A DNA stretch of 63,186 nt, counting the filler, from Octopus bimaculoides (lineage: Eukaryota), in the NCBI RefSeq assembly GCF_001194135.2. It is 6 parts of 6 records of this genome, joined end to end, with 100 filler letters (N's around TTAATTAATTAA, not from the genome) between each part and the next. Parts side by side here need not be neighbours in the genome. Positions count along the whole stretch, not along the records: positions 12,679 to 34,265 come from NC_069005.1; 5 more parts are not named here. One strand, given 5' to 3'. Within the stretch, counting starts at the first letter, position 1. Each line of letters begins with the position of its first letter. Both the position numbers and the translations under genes were made by a program. The notes under the pieces were generated by a model that did not search any database, had not been told where the DNA came from, and was given only the letters and a program-made list of their open reading frames with translations. Positions 12,719 through 26,285 of the stretch are shown in pieces.

Positions 12719-14774
12719 AAAGAGAGAGAGAGAGAGAGTATGTATCAGTGCAGTATGGGAGGTGGGTGCGAAGAAGGAGGTCGATCAGAGGAGTATGAAA
12801 TAAACAGTCGATATGATTTATAGAAGTTAGATAAACTCACAATTTCCGACATATTGTAGCAGTCACATTGGACGAGTATCGATGGTGTAACGAGAGAGAG
12901 AGACACAGACAGAAGGACAGAGAGAGAGATAGAGAGATAGAGAGAGAGTTTTTGCTGTGTAGTTAGTAGAAGTGTAGGTGATCAGAGGAGGGTGTGTACG
13001 GTACGGTAAAAACATCGATATGATTTATAGGAGTTAGATATACTGACAATTTCCGACATATTCATTGCATGACAATTATCTCGGAACACAATTGCTGACA
13101 TTGCTACAAGTTATTTACTCTTCCTCCTCCTCCTACACTACTACTACTACTACTACTACTTGGAGTTTGTATTGTTTTCTATTAATCTAACCCACACACG
13201 ATCCTTTTTCTTTCTCTCTCTATATAGATTTCGATTACTTTCTTTGAGCAATCTCTATATGGAGTTCTTGTTAGTCTAAAACTCTTCTGGCTTTCTCTCA
13301 TCCNNNNNNNNNNNNNNNNNNNNNNNNNNNNNNNNNNNNNNNNNNNNNNNNNNNNNNNNNNNNNNNNNNNNNNNNNNNNNNNNNNNNNNNNNNNNNNNNN
13401 NNNNNNNNNNNNNNNNNNNNNNNNNNNNNNNNNNNNNNNNNNNNNNNNNNNNNNNNNNNNNNNNNNNNNNNNNNNNNNNNNNNNNNNNNNNNNNNNNNNN
13501 NNNNNNNNNNNNNNNNNNNNNNNNNNNNNNNNNNNNNNNNNNNNNNNNNNNNNNNNNNNNNNNNNNNNNNNNNNNNNNNNNNNNNNNNNNNNNNNNNNNN
13601 NNNNNNNNNNNNNNNNNNNNNNNNNNNNNNNNNNNNNNNNNNNNNNNNNNNNNNNNNNNNNNNNNNNNNNNNNNNNNNNNNNNNNNNNNNNNNNNNNNNN
13701 NNNNNNNNNNNNNNNNNNNNNNNNNNNNNNNNNNNNNNNNNNNNNNNNNNNNNNNNNNNNNNNNNNNNNNNNNNNNNNNNNNNNNNNNNNNNNNNNNNNN
13801 NNNNNNNNNNNNNNNNNNNNNNNNNNNNNNNNNNNNNNNNNNNNNNNNNNNNNNNNNNNNNNNNNNNNNNNNNNNNNNNNNNNNNNNNNNNNNNNNNNNN
13901 NNNNNNNNNNNNNNNNNNNNNNNNNNNNNNNNNNNNNNNNNNNNNNNNNNNNNNNNNNNNNNNNNNNNNNNNNNNNNNNNNNNNNNNNNNNNNNNNNNNN
14001 NNNNNNNNNNNNNNNNNNNNNNNNNNNNNNNNNNNNNNNNNNNNNNNNNNNNNNNNNNNNNNNNNNNNNNNNNNNNNNNNNNACAATAACAGCAGCAAAA
14101 GACTGGCTGCTGCTGATCACCTTTAAGGCCTGTGTTGTTACTTGAGTGTCCAGCTGGTCATTGTTATGATAATGTAGTAGCAGTGATGATAGTGTAGAGG
14201 TGGTGGAGATAGGTGATGGGGTTTACAGAGGGGGATGGGACAGTGATGAGTATGGGGAGAGTAGGGAGTGTGGGATGATGATGATAATGATGGTGGAGAC
14301 CATTTCAGTCAGTTTTTTCTTAGTTTGTTTATCTGTTTCATGCAATTGGAAGCCTGTTTATCTCCCCTTAGTGGAAACATTAATTGCTAACAAAGCCATT
14401 CTCTCTGTAAAGCCCACCATCACCATCATCATTTCCTTGTTGTTATTGAGTATCTTGTTAAAAACAAAATAAATTCCAAGCAAAGGTTAAGGTTATTTTC
14501 ATGGAAAGGCTTCACTGAGTATATTTAGAATCAGTGGAAAATACATATTGAATCCAAGTTTGCCATCCAGTTTGTTGTTATATTTTTATTATTTTTTGTT
14601 TATTTCACTGTTCTTATTTATTGTTTTTCTCTATTGTCATTCATTGTGAATTATTGTTTGTGTTTATTGTTATTGTTGCTTTTTATTTGGGAGGGATAAT
14701 GTTTGGGAGTTTTTTTGTTTTGGTGGGAGGGTGAATATGTATTTTAAAAGGAATTCATTATTATTTGGACAAAT

Positions 14775-14990
14775 AAGATGGCAAACTGGCAGAACCGTTA
14801 GCATGTGGGACAAAATGCTTGTTGGCAATTTGTCTGTCTTTATGTTCTGAGTTCAAATTCTGCCAAAGATGACTTTGCTTTTCATTCTCTCAATGTCAAT
14901 TGAACATTGGGGTTGATATAACAACTAGCCCTCTCCTCCACTAAAAAAATGTCAGGCCTTGTGCCTATAGTAGAAAGGATTATTATTTGA
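14775..14990 (+). mobile_element. SINE family B, CpG-decayed
   Basis: Collinear with the 11878 and 8605 copies, with nearly all CpGs mutated. Confidence 0.8.
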
Positions 14991-15029
14991 AAGAATTCAG
15001 TGAAATTTTGTTAGTGAATTGTGTTTAAT

Positions 15030-15510
15030 AAGTTATCACATCATAAAGTTAACTTTAGGATAACCTATATCATAAAATTAACATGTTGTAAAGTTAACAC
15101 ATGATTAAATTAGCATACCATGACGTTAGCATGTCATAAAGTTAGCATGTCATAAAGTTAGCATGTCATAAAGTTAGCATGTCATAAAGTTAGCATGTCA
15201 TAAAGTTAGCATGTCATAAAGTTAGCATGTCATAAAGTTAACATGTTATAAACTTATCACTTCATAAAATTAGCACATCATAAAGTTGGCAAATCAAAAA
15301 ATTAGTTTGTCATAAAGTTATTATATCATTAAGTTAGCATGGCATCTCAAAGTTAGTGAATAATAAAATTATTGCATCATAGAGTTAAGGAGTTATAAAG
15401 TTAGCATGTTAGAAAGTTGACACATTCCGTATTCAGTCCATTATAAAGATAGTATTTCAGAGTTAATACTTCAATTGAGTACCACTCATAAAGTTGGCAC
15501 ATCTTGAATT
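15030..15510. repeat. 16-bp minisatellite (gttagcatgtcataaa)n
   Basis: Seven perfect copies at 15125-15236, with degenerate copies on both sides. Confidence 0.9.
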
Positions 15511-15869
15511 TAGCATGTTGGGGGCTCTGCAAAGATGATGGGCTCTGTTCCTTATTCACCAATAAGAGCAGAGAGTGATTATTCTGTCATATGTTAATAT
15601 GTAATGTGTTGCAATTTAATGAAGAATTTTGTCAAATGTTGTTTTGTGCTAAAAATGTGTTTTTCTATTTCTCCTATTTTTAGGTAAGTGTGTGTTTGGA
15701 TTTCTTGCGAAAACTACTTGAGTGGTACAGCTGGAAATGGTTCTCCCTGCTTGTCTTGTTGTGGAACAAAGTGAATGCCAAAAAAAAAGAAGCAACTAAG
15801 ATGGTTCTTGGCTGCGGTTTTAGCTGCTTTCATTTCAAGTAACTTTTGTTTCTATTTTGTTGTCATCAA

Positions 15870-16160
15870 TGTGATCAGCAGTGTCATTATTATCATCATC
15901 ATCAATCAATATGATCATGAACACCAGTCATCATTCATGATCATGAACATCATCATTCAAGATCATCATCAGTCATCATTCAAGATCATCATCAGTCATC
16001 ATTCATTATCATCATCAGTCATCATTCACGATCATCTTCAATCATCATCATCATCAGTCATCATTCATGATCATCATCAGTCATCATTTGTGATGCTGAT
16101 GATGATCATCATCATTGTCATGATCATTGTGGCTAGCATCATCATCAATGATTATTAGTG
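15870..16160. repeat. Degenerate (CAT)n array
   Basis: Read directly. Confidence 0.85.
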
Positions 16161-16392
16161 TTTTTACCATATATAGCTTCATCCTTATTAGTGTCATCAT
16201 CAATCCATTTCATTGCCATTTAGTTTTATTATTAACAATGCTGTCATCACTAGTGTCATGTATATATGAGTATATATATGTATATATATATATGTGTGTG
16301 TGTATATATATGTGTATATATATATGTGTGTGTGTGTATATATGTGTGTATATATATGTATATATACATACACACACATATACATACACATA

Positions 16393-16459
<67 letters not shown>

Positions 16460-17489
16460 GTGTGTGTATATATTATGTTTTATATACAAGTGTAATTATA
16501 TTCCTTTTTTTAGAGTCTGCTTCTCTCAGCAATATGTCATTTTGTGTGTGTGTGTGTGTGTGGTGATTGACCATAGATTTGTGCACAACTCCTTAATCCA
16601 TTAAAGATTATCCATATTAAATCCCCCTACTTTTTATAGAACTAAGATAATACAATTGAAAGGTACTAACGTCTGTGGTGATAAGAATGATGACGATGAT
16701 GATGGTGGTGGTGGCGGCGATGATGATGGTGGTAGTGGTGGTGTCTCTCTTGCACTGGTGGTGTCTCTCTTGCACTGGTGGTGTCTCTCTCCACCGTAAT
16801 ACCCTACTCTTAAAAATCACAAACTGTAATGACCCAACTGTTTAGATATTAGACACTTAGAGTTCAAATCCAGCTCCAGGCAGTCTATTTCGAAACTTCC
16901 AAGTTCATACCCAGTTTCAAATAACCTTCTTTGAATCTTCCACATTTACATATGGCTCCAGGCAGTCTATTTAGAAACTTCCTGGTCGTTAGTATTGAAT
17001 TCACATCCAGCTGCAGGCTGTCTACTTCTAAACTTACAAGTGACTTACATCCCATCCAGTGTCAGATTTGTCTCTCATCTACTTTGAACCTAGGGTCAAG
17101 CAACCAGACATCAGCTGCTCTGGGTTACGAGGGTCTCATGAGCATTTTTTCTAGGGCTCTTGTGGTTAGTTCTTGAGGTTGTTTTAACCACTGCAGCAAG
17201 ACCATGCTGGAGCACCAGTTTAAAAGTGGTTCATGAAAAGGATTTTTGTTTTGTTTTTAAAGACTTATTCACTGTTTTACTACTTGTGAATTTTTCTGAG
17301 TATTGTTCAAGCAGTTTTGGTTACTCATTTGATGGGTTTTAGCATATCTGAACTTTGTATACAATGGGTTCATTATTATAGCTGGGATCCGCCTATGTGT
17401 CATGTTTTCTATCTTCTTGCCCATCTTGTCAAACAGCAAATCCTGGGTAATTGACATCGTTGAGTATCAAAACAGGATGTCTGTGTAGT

Positions 17490-17715
17490 GTGTGAAAGCA
17501 CATGGTTCAGTGATTAGAGTATCAGGCTTACAATCATGAGGTAGTGAGTTCGATTCTCGGACCGGGCTGTTGTGTTTGTGTTCTTGGACAAGACACTTTA
17601 TGTCATGTTGCTCCTGTTAACTCAGCTGTAGAAATGAGTTGCAACATCACTGGTGCCAAGCTGTATCAGCCTTTGCTTTTCCCTTGGATAACATCAGTGC
17701 TAACATCAGTGGTTC
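17490..17715 (+). mobile_element. SINE family C, CpG-decayed
   Basis: Collinear with 5628-5830. Confidence 0.75.
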
Positions 17716-18002
17716 AAGAGAGATAGTGAGTGATGCAGCAAGAATGAGCATCGATGATGGTAGGAGGACAGAAACATCTGACTCAGAGTCACAAAACCTG
17801 ATTCAGCATAGTTTATGCTATTGTGTGAGAGTTTTGTTGCCTACATCAGCGGGTGCCCCAGGGCAGTTTTGTTGTCACTTGTGGAAGGGGGCCAAAATAC
17901 CTGCAGAGTTGCTTCACCACCTGATGAGGCATTGACCATCCCCACTTGCATTCAAAGACAGAATAGAATACAGCAGCACTCTCTCACCACACGAATGTTT
18001 AC

Positions 18003-18059
18003 CGTAAATTTAGATAAGGCCTTGTATTTTCCCTCATCTCCTCGAGAGTCTCGGATTAG
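18003..18059 (-). CDS. Candidate 57-nt exon (LIRDSRGDEGKYKALSKFT) of an unidentified gene
   Basis: ctttcctctcctttgcag|CTA ATC CGA ... TTT ACG|gtaaac. Only phase 0 is open, and CpGs are retained inside a CpG-depleted domain. It could instead read through to TGA at 17952-17954. Confidence 0.55.
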
Positions 18060-18099
18060 CTGCAAAGGAGAGGAAAGATGTCAGAAAATTGTCAGAAAT

Positions 18100-18960
18100 C
18101 ATCACTGTCATCACCACTGCCATCATCATCACCATCACCATCGTCATCACCACTACTACCATCATCATCTCCACTACTCTTGCTGCTACCATCCCAACCA
18201 CCACCACCACCACCACCACCACTGTTGTTGTCATACGTCAGTCAGCAGGGTTTTTTTAATATATATTTCGTTCAATATATCAATTTTTTTTTCTTTCCAT
18301 ATTTCTTTTTTAATGTGGAATTAATGTGATGATAGGATATTGGGAAGAGAATCGGCTCAGCACCACTTACTACAACAGCAACAATCCACCAACACTACCA
18401 CCACCACCACCACCACCACTGCCGCTGCCACCAATACTGTGGTTACTAGCACTACCATCACCACCACCACCACCATTACAAATTCTGTTGTTAGTAGCAC
18501 CACCATCACCATCATCACTACCACCACCAATACTATGGTTACTGGCTACTTTACCATCATAACCATCACCACTACCACCACTACAATTACGACCACCTAT
18601 ACGACCACCTCCTTAACTACAACCATTAATACAGCCTTCAGTAGCACTTCCACCTCCAACATCTCTACTACGACTACTATCGTTGCAAACAGACTGATAT
18701 TACCACCACCACCACCACCTCTACTACCAATTGCTCCATTGATATGATCGGGTGTTATGATACACCACCACTCACATCAGCATTTTCTCCAGTGGCTACA
18801 GCAATATCAATATAATATATAATATAATACTATACAGCAACATGCCACCACCACCACCACCAGCATCACCACCACCACAACAGCAGCAGCAACACCATCA
18901 CCACCACCAGTGGCACCAATACCACCACCACCACCAACAACAACAATGGCAGCAACATCA
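18100..18960. repeat. (CCA)/(CAT)/(ACT) trinucleotide mosaic
   Basis: Read directly. Confidence 0.85.
18776..18795 (-). CDS. Candidate 20-nt microexon of an unidentified gene
   Basis: gatattgctgtag|CCACTGGAGAAAATGCTGAT|gtgagt (perfect donor). Phase 1 to phase 0 bridges the 21-nt and 57-nt candidates. Confidence 0.45.
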
Positions 18961-19420
18961 TCAATATGAAATTGTTACTTTCTCACAAACAATTTTTTAA
19001 CCAGCGCTCAATAGTGCACACATGCAGATATCGCATATCCATACGCATGGCAACATATCGCATACGAGGCTATTACCCATTATGATAGCATATCTTATGT
19101 GCATTTGATGCAGCTATTAACCCATACGTAGCCTTTTGGTGTGATGATACGCTCTCATATCACATCCCCATATACATACATGTATATATATGTAGATATA
19201 TATATATGTATATACACACACGTATATATATATATATATAATATATACACGTGTGTGTGTATGTGTGTGTGTGCCGCATCATATGCAACCATCACACCCA
19301 CATCCACATGAATATATCATGCGCTATCATATGTATCATGCGTATCCATCAACTATCGACAGTCACATCCATCACGTGTGTGTGTGTTTATTTACATATG
19401 CTTCCTTTTTTCTTTTCTTT

Positions 19421-20290
19421 TTACTTGTTTCAGTCATTTGACTGTGGCCATACTGGAGCACCACCTTGAGGGGGTTTTAGTCAAACAAATCGACCCCAGG
19501 ACTTATTTTTTAAGCGTAGATTTTTTGGGGGGCTGAACCACTAAGTTACAGGGATGTAAACATACCAACATCGGTTGTCAAGTGGTGATGGGGTGGTACA
19601 AACACAGACTACTGTTTGACATGCTGGATCATTGGCTGATTGACTGACTTGGTCATTGATTGACTGAGTCATTGACTGACTGACATACTGAATCATTGAT
19701 TGACTAACTGTGTCATTGATTGATTGATATACTGGGTTAAGGAACTAACTGATATATGACTGATGGCTAATAATACCGAGATCTTGTTTAGCTATTATTT
19801 GATGGTTGTAATTGAGCATCATTTTAATTGCTGGTCATAGAATTCTATATATATCATCATCACCCTGTCCACTTTCCCATGCTTGTATGGGTCACTTGGA
19901 ATTTGTTAAGACAGTTTACTATGGTTGGATGCCTGTTTTGCCACCAACGGTCACCTGTCTTTTAAGTGAGGTAATATTTCCCAATGACCAGACATGTTTT
20001 CACAGAAGACTGGAAATGACAGACACTGCTTTTATGATGGTCACATTTGTTTGCAACTATCATATGATGTCAAGACAAGGAGACAATAACACGCATGCAC
20101 ACACACACACACACACACACACACAGCTTTCAGTTTCTGTCTATCAAGTCCTCAAGTTCACTCACAAGACTTTGGTCGACGTGGGGGCTATAGTTGAAGA
20201 CACTTGCCTAAGGTGCTCTGCAGTGAGACTGAACTCAGAGCCCTATGGTTCACAAGCAAACTTCTTACCACACAGCCATGCCTACACCCA
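19421..20290 (-). mobile_element. Fragments of SINE family A (19421-19610 and 20060-20290), CpG-decayed
   Basis: Reverse-complement matches to the tail and head of the 2638-3040 copy. Confidence 0.7.
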
Positions 20291-21039
20291 TTATATATAT
20301 ATGTGTATGTGTGTGTGTGTGTGTGTGTATGTATAGCCATTTTTTCCTTTCTCTCTCCATTTTTGCCTCTCAACCNNNNNNNNNNNNNNNNNNNNNNNNN
20401 NNNNNNNNNNNNNNNNNNNNNNNNNNNNNNNNNNNNNNNNNNNNNNNNNNNNNNNNNNNNNNNNNNNNNNNNNNNNNNNNNNNNNNNNNNNNNNNNNNNN
20501 NNNNNNNNNNNNNNNNNNNNNNNNNNNNNNNNNNNNNNNNNNNNNNNNNNNNNNNNNNNNNNNNNNNNNNNNNNNNNNNNNNNNNNNNNNNNNNNNNNNN
20601 NNNNNNNNNNNNNNNNNNNNNNNNNNNNNNNNNNNNNNNNNNNNNNNNNNNNNNNNNNNNNNNNNNNNNNNNNNNNNNNNNNNNNNNNNNNNNNNNNNNN
20701 NNNNNNNNNNNNNNNNNNNNNNNNNNNNNNNNNNNNNNNNNNNNNNNNNNNNNNNNNNNNNNNNNNNNNNNNNNNNNNNNNNNNNNNNNNNNNNNNNNNN
20801 NNNNNNGGGGGGGTGCTCACTTGTAGATTTCACATGGTTTCCCGCAGTGTATTCATCCACACACACATAAACATGCATTTACACTTAAACACACATGAAT
20901 GTGCAAATCCTGTGCATGTGTATATATGTATGAGTATAGACACAAGTATTTAGGTATGGACATATATTTTATGCATAGTGCAGCTATATACTAAAAGTTC
21001 ATATCTAGGTGCATGCATATATGTATGTATGTGTGCATG

Positions 21040-21116
<77 letters not shown>

Positions 21117-21232
21117 GCACACACATACACACACATATATGTGTATATATATATAAACATACACACATACATATATATGTGTATACAAACGTGTATGTGT
21201 ATATATACATATTTGTATGCATATGTATATAT

Positions 21233-21295
<63 letters not shown>

Positions 21296-21402
21296 CTCAT
21301 ATATATATGCACATATATGTGTGTGTATGTATATACATATCACATATTTATCTTTGCTGAAGTTGTACACATACGTTTACACACCAGCATATAAATACAC
21401 TT

Positions 21403-21439
<37 letters not shown>

Positions 21440-22300
21440 TAATCACACATGTGTACATGCATATACTTGCATACAACTCTATAATGCACACTTGTGTATG
21501 CATGCACACACATACACATCTATACATGCACTTATAGTCACCCACTTACACGCACCCATATGTGCGTACCTACACACACACACCTATATACACATGCCTA
21601 TTAATTCACGCACAGACTTATACACGTGCATAGCTAAGCACTGAATCCTTTATTGACACACCTATATTAATGCCTACCAACCTCTACACACACACACACA
21701 CATGCATGTTCATACACACACAAACATGCATGCATGTATGCATGTATCTATATACATGTGCATACATCCACACTCGCATATGCATACAGCCCTATACATA
21801 AGCACATGCATACATATGTGCACACACTTGTATTGACACACCTATTGTTATGCACACAGCTGCACACACGTCCACCCATACACACACACACACACATGTA
21901 TACATGTGCATACACACAAGTGCATACACACAAGTGCATACACACACAGTTGTATACATGTGATGCTGTAATGCAGTAACTCTGACCTCCACAATTACCA
22001 CCACCATCCCAATAACTAACAAGCTGGTCACCTTGCATGCCTCTCTCACCCTCTCTTTATCTGTCTGTCTCTCTATCTATCCATCTACATCTCTACCTAT
22101 TTATCTGTATGTCTGTCTGTCTCTCTCTTTCTCTATCTATCTATCTATCTGTTTTTCTCATCCCCCTCCATGTTAGATGGCCATCCTTTTTCTATGAACA
22201 CCTGATTGCTCTTTTGTATGTCTTCCCATTACTTTGTCTGTTTGTCAGTCAGTCTACATGTCTCAGCTTTCTTGTAATAGTTTGTCGGTCTGTCTCTCTG

Positions 22301-22842
22301 TCTAGATAGCTGTCTCTCTCTAGATAGCTGTCTCTCTCTCTAGATAGCTGTCTCTCTCTCTAGATAGCTGTCTCTCTCTCTAGATAGCTGTCTCTCTCTN
22401 NNNNNNNNNNNNNNNNNNNNNNNNNNNNNNNNNNNNNNNNNNNNNNNNNNNNNNNNNNNNNNNNNNNNNNNNNNNNNNNNNNNNNNNNNNNNNNNNNNNN
22501 NNNNNNNNNNNNNNNNNNNNNNNNNNNNNNNNNNNNNNNNNNNNNNNNNNNNNNNNNNNNNNNNNNNNNNNNNNNNNNNNNNNNNNNNNNNNNNNNNNNN
22601 NNNNNNNNNNNNNNNNNNNNNNNNNNNNNNNNNNNNNNNNNNNNNNNNNNNNNNNNNNNNNNNNNNNNNNNNNNNNNNNNNNNNNNNNNNNNNNNNNNNN
22701 NNNNNNACATAGCTGTCTCTCTCTCTAGATAGCTGTCTCTCTCTCTAGATAGCTGTCTCTCTCTCTAGATAGCTGTCTCTCTCTCTAGATAGCTGTCTCT
22801 CTCTCTAGATAGCTGTCTCTCTCTCTAGATAGCTGTCTCTCT
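22301..22842. repeat. 20-bp minisatellite (tagatagctgtctctctctc)n spanning a gap
   Basis: Identical units on both sides of the 22400-22707 N-run. Confidence 0.9.
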
Positions 22843-24284
22843 CTGTCTCTTTCTCACTGTTAGGCAAAATTTCTCTGTCCATTTCACTGCTCTCCTTGTC
22901 TCCATCTCTCTGTCTCTTCATCTCTTCGTCTCTGTCTGTCTCTCTCTCAGTTTGTCACTGCATGAATTTTTAATGCTCTATCTCTCTGTATCTATATGTG
23001 TGTCTTTCTTTCTATCAAACTCTCTCTTTCTCACTCTCTCTCACACTTTCTTTCTCTTTCTCACACTTTCTTTTTCTCTCTCACACTTTCTTTTTCTCTC
23101 TGTCTCTCTCTCGCTCACACACACACACGCACACTCTCTCTCTCTCTCTCTGCATCATTTCTAACTTTCTGTCTCTCTCTTTCTCACACACATTCTCTCC
23201 TTGCATGCATTTCTGACTCATTCTCTCTGTTTCTCTCTCACACACACACACACTCTTTCTCTCTTATCCACACACATACCCTCTGCATGTATTTCTGACT
23301 CCCCCCCTCTCTCTCTCATTTGTCTCTTTCTCCCTCTCTCTATCTCCCCTCTCTTTCTCTCTTTCTCTCTTCCTCTCTCTGTCTCAATTTATCTCTGCCT
23401 CTCTCTTTGTCTCTGTTTCCCTGTCCCTATGTGCACTGAGTTCTATGCACATGTTACTCTGTTTACCTGTCTGTTTACCTGTCTGTTTACCTGTCCGTCT
23501 GGCTTTGTCCTTTGTGTTGTTTGTCCACTATTGTCTGTCTGTCTGTCTTGCACATTCACTTTCCATCCATTTGCCCTTCTTTGTGCCTGTCCATTTATAC
23601 ACCTAACCAACCATCCACCTGCTGCCTATTTACCCATCATGCACTTGCCCACTTCATTATGTGCCCACCTGTCTACCTGTTCACCTGGTCCACCTGTCTG
23701 TTTCTTTACCATTGCATACCCATTTACTCATCCACCTGTCAATTTGTTCACCTGTCTGCTTGTCTACTTCCCTGTCCACCTAATTATCTATCTGTCTACC
23801 TACCTGTCCACCTGTCTGTTTGTCCATCCAGTTATGCCACTCACTTTTCCTCCCTCTCTCCCTCCTTTCTTCTCTCTCTTGGTTCAGTCTCCTCTTCTTT
23901 CTTCCCCCCCCCCCNNNNNNNNNNNNNNNNNNNNNNNNNNNNNNNNNNNNNNNNNNNNNNNNNNNNNNNNNNNNNNAGTTTGCTCTATCTGCATCTGGTC
24001 ATATGATATTATAATGCATCCAGTGATGTAATGACTGCACACTGCTGGCTGCATCACTGCATCAATGTGTACGTGTGTGTGTGTGTGTCACTCTTTCTCT
24101 GTGTGTGTCTGCATGCACATGTATGTATATGTGTGTTGTGTGAGATATTGTTTATGCATTCATACTGTGTGCTTATTTATGTTTGTATGTGAATGTGAAG
24201 GATTTCCTGTGCACCTGTGTGTGTGTGTGTGTGTTTGTAATTTCCTGTATGTGTTTGTGTGTTTAATTTCCTATATGTATGTGT

Positions 24285-24332
<48 letters not shown>

Positions 24333-24594
24333 NNNNNNNNNNNNNNNNNNNNNNNNNNNNNNNNNNNNNNNNNNNNNNNNNNNNNNNNNNNNNNNNNNNN
24401 NNNNNNNNNNNNNNNNNNNNNNNNNNNNNNNNNNNNNNNNNNNNNNNNNNNNNNNNNNNNNNNNNNNNNNNNNNNNNNNNNNNNNNNNNNNNNNNNNNNN
24501 NNNNNNNNNNNNNNNNNNNNNNNNNNNNNNNNNNNNNNNNNNNNNNNNNNNNNNNNNNNNNNNNNNNNNNNNNNNNNNNNNNNNNNNNNNNNNN

Positions 24595-24647
<53 letters not shown>

Positions 24648-26101
24648 CTGTATACAAGTGTATACATGTGTGTGAATGATTGCAGTTATGCATGTGTGTG
24701 TGTATACATGTGCATTTACAAAACTATATGTGCATGTATGCATTTCTGCATGTGTGCATTCATTTCTCTGTGTGAAAGCATTCATGTGTATCTGTATCTC
24801 TGCACTTTTGGGGATGTCTGCACATGTCTGCACATGTATGCACATGTATGCACATTGCTGTGATTATAAATATTTTTTGCTACTGTTGGAGAAAAGGAAA
24901 CATGGAGCAATGCGTCAGTGATGGCGATGGAGGTGATGTAATACCCTATTCAGCAAACCTATGCTCCAAGACATTCCAACATGACCATCCTGTCTTTCGT
25001 TCGGTTATAATATTTATCTAGGATTACATGAACTAATGCATCCTTTGTCTTTGATTTTTTCTTTTCTTTTTAAGCAGTAGGTTAAGCTTTAAGGAAAATT
25101 TGGCTGTTATTTCTACCAGATTGAAGTCATCATTGTCTTTGGTACTGTTGCACTGTTAGCAGTGTTTAGCCCTGAGTTGACTCAGATTGAGCAAATCTAT
25201 TGACCTATGACATGGCGTATATCGAACTACATTATGCAATGTATCCATTTTTAAAGACAGAAGGGTGTGATTTGAAGGAGATTTGGGTGCTATTTCTAGC
25301 ATGTTGAGTAATCACTTAGCAGTCCCTTAATTTTGTGTTGGTAGAGGTTGTGATGGTGGTGTTGGTGGTGGTGATGATGGTGGTGGTGATGATNNNNNNN
25401 NNNNNNNNNNNNNNNNNNNNNNNNNNNNNNNNNNNNNNNNNNNNNNNNNNNNNNNNNNNNNNNNNNNNNNNNNNNNNNNNNNNNNNNNNNNNNNNNNNNN
25501 NNNNNNNNNNNNNNNNNNNNNNNNNNNNNNNNNNNNNNNNNNNNNNNNNNNNNNNNNNNNNNNNNNNNNNNNNNNNNNNNNNNNNNNNNNNNNNNNNNNN
25601 NNNNNNNNNNNNNNNNNNNNNNNNNNNNNNNNNNNNNNNNNNNNNNNNNNNNNNNNNNNNNNNNNNNNNNNNNNNNNNNNNNNNNNNNNNNNNNNNNNNN
25701 NNNNNNNNNNNNNNNNNNNNNNNNNNNNNNNNNNNNNNNNNNNNNNNNNNNNNNNNNNNNNNNNNNNNNNNNNNNNNNNNNNNNNNNNNNNNNNNNNNNN
25801 NNNNNNNNNNNNNNNNNNNNNNNNNNNNNNNNNNNNNNNNNNNNNNNNNNNNNNNNNNNNNNNNNNNNNNNNNNNNNNNNNNNNNNNNNNNNNNNNNNNN
25901 NNNNNNNNNNNNNNNNNNNNNNNNNNNNNNNNNNNNNNNNNNNNNNNNNNNNNNNNNNNNNNNNNNNNNNNNNNNNNNNNNNNNNNNNNNNNNNNNNNNN
26001 NNNNNNNNNNNNNNNNNNNNNNNNNNNNNNNNNNNNNNNNNNNNNNNNNNNNNNNNNNNNNNNNNNNNNNNTATATATATATATATATATAACATCATCA
26101 T

Positions 26102-26254
26102 CATCGTCGTCGTTTAACGTCCGCTTTCCATGCTAGCATGGGTTGGACGATTTGACTGAGGACTGGTGAAACCAGATGGTTACACCAGGCTCCAATCTGA
26201 TTTGGCAGAGTTTCTACAGCTGGATGCCCTTCCTAACGCCAACCACTCAGAGAG

Positions 26255-26255
<1 letters not shown>
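26102..26255. mobile_element. Short LINE-3'-like interspersed repeat (ggatgcccttcctaacgccaacca family)
   Basis: The same motif family recurs in degenerate form near 19870-20070, 27720-27850 and 28800-28980. Confidence 0.55.
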
Positions 26256-26285
<30 letters not shown>

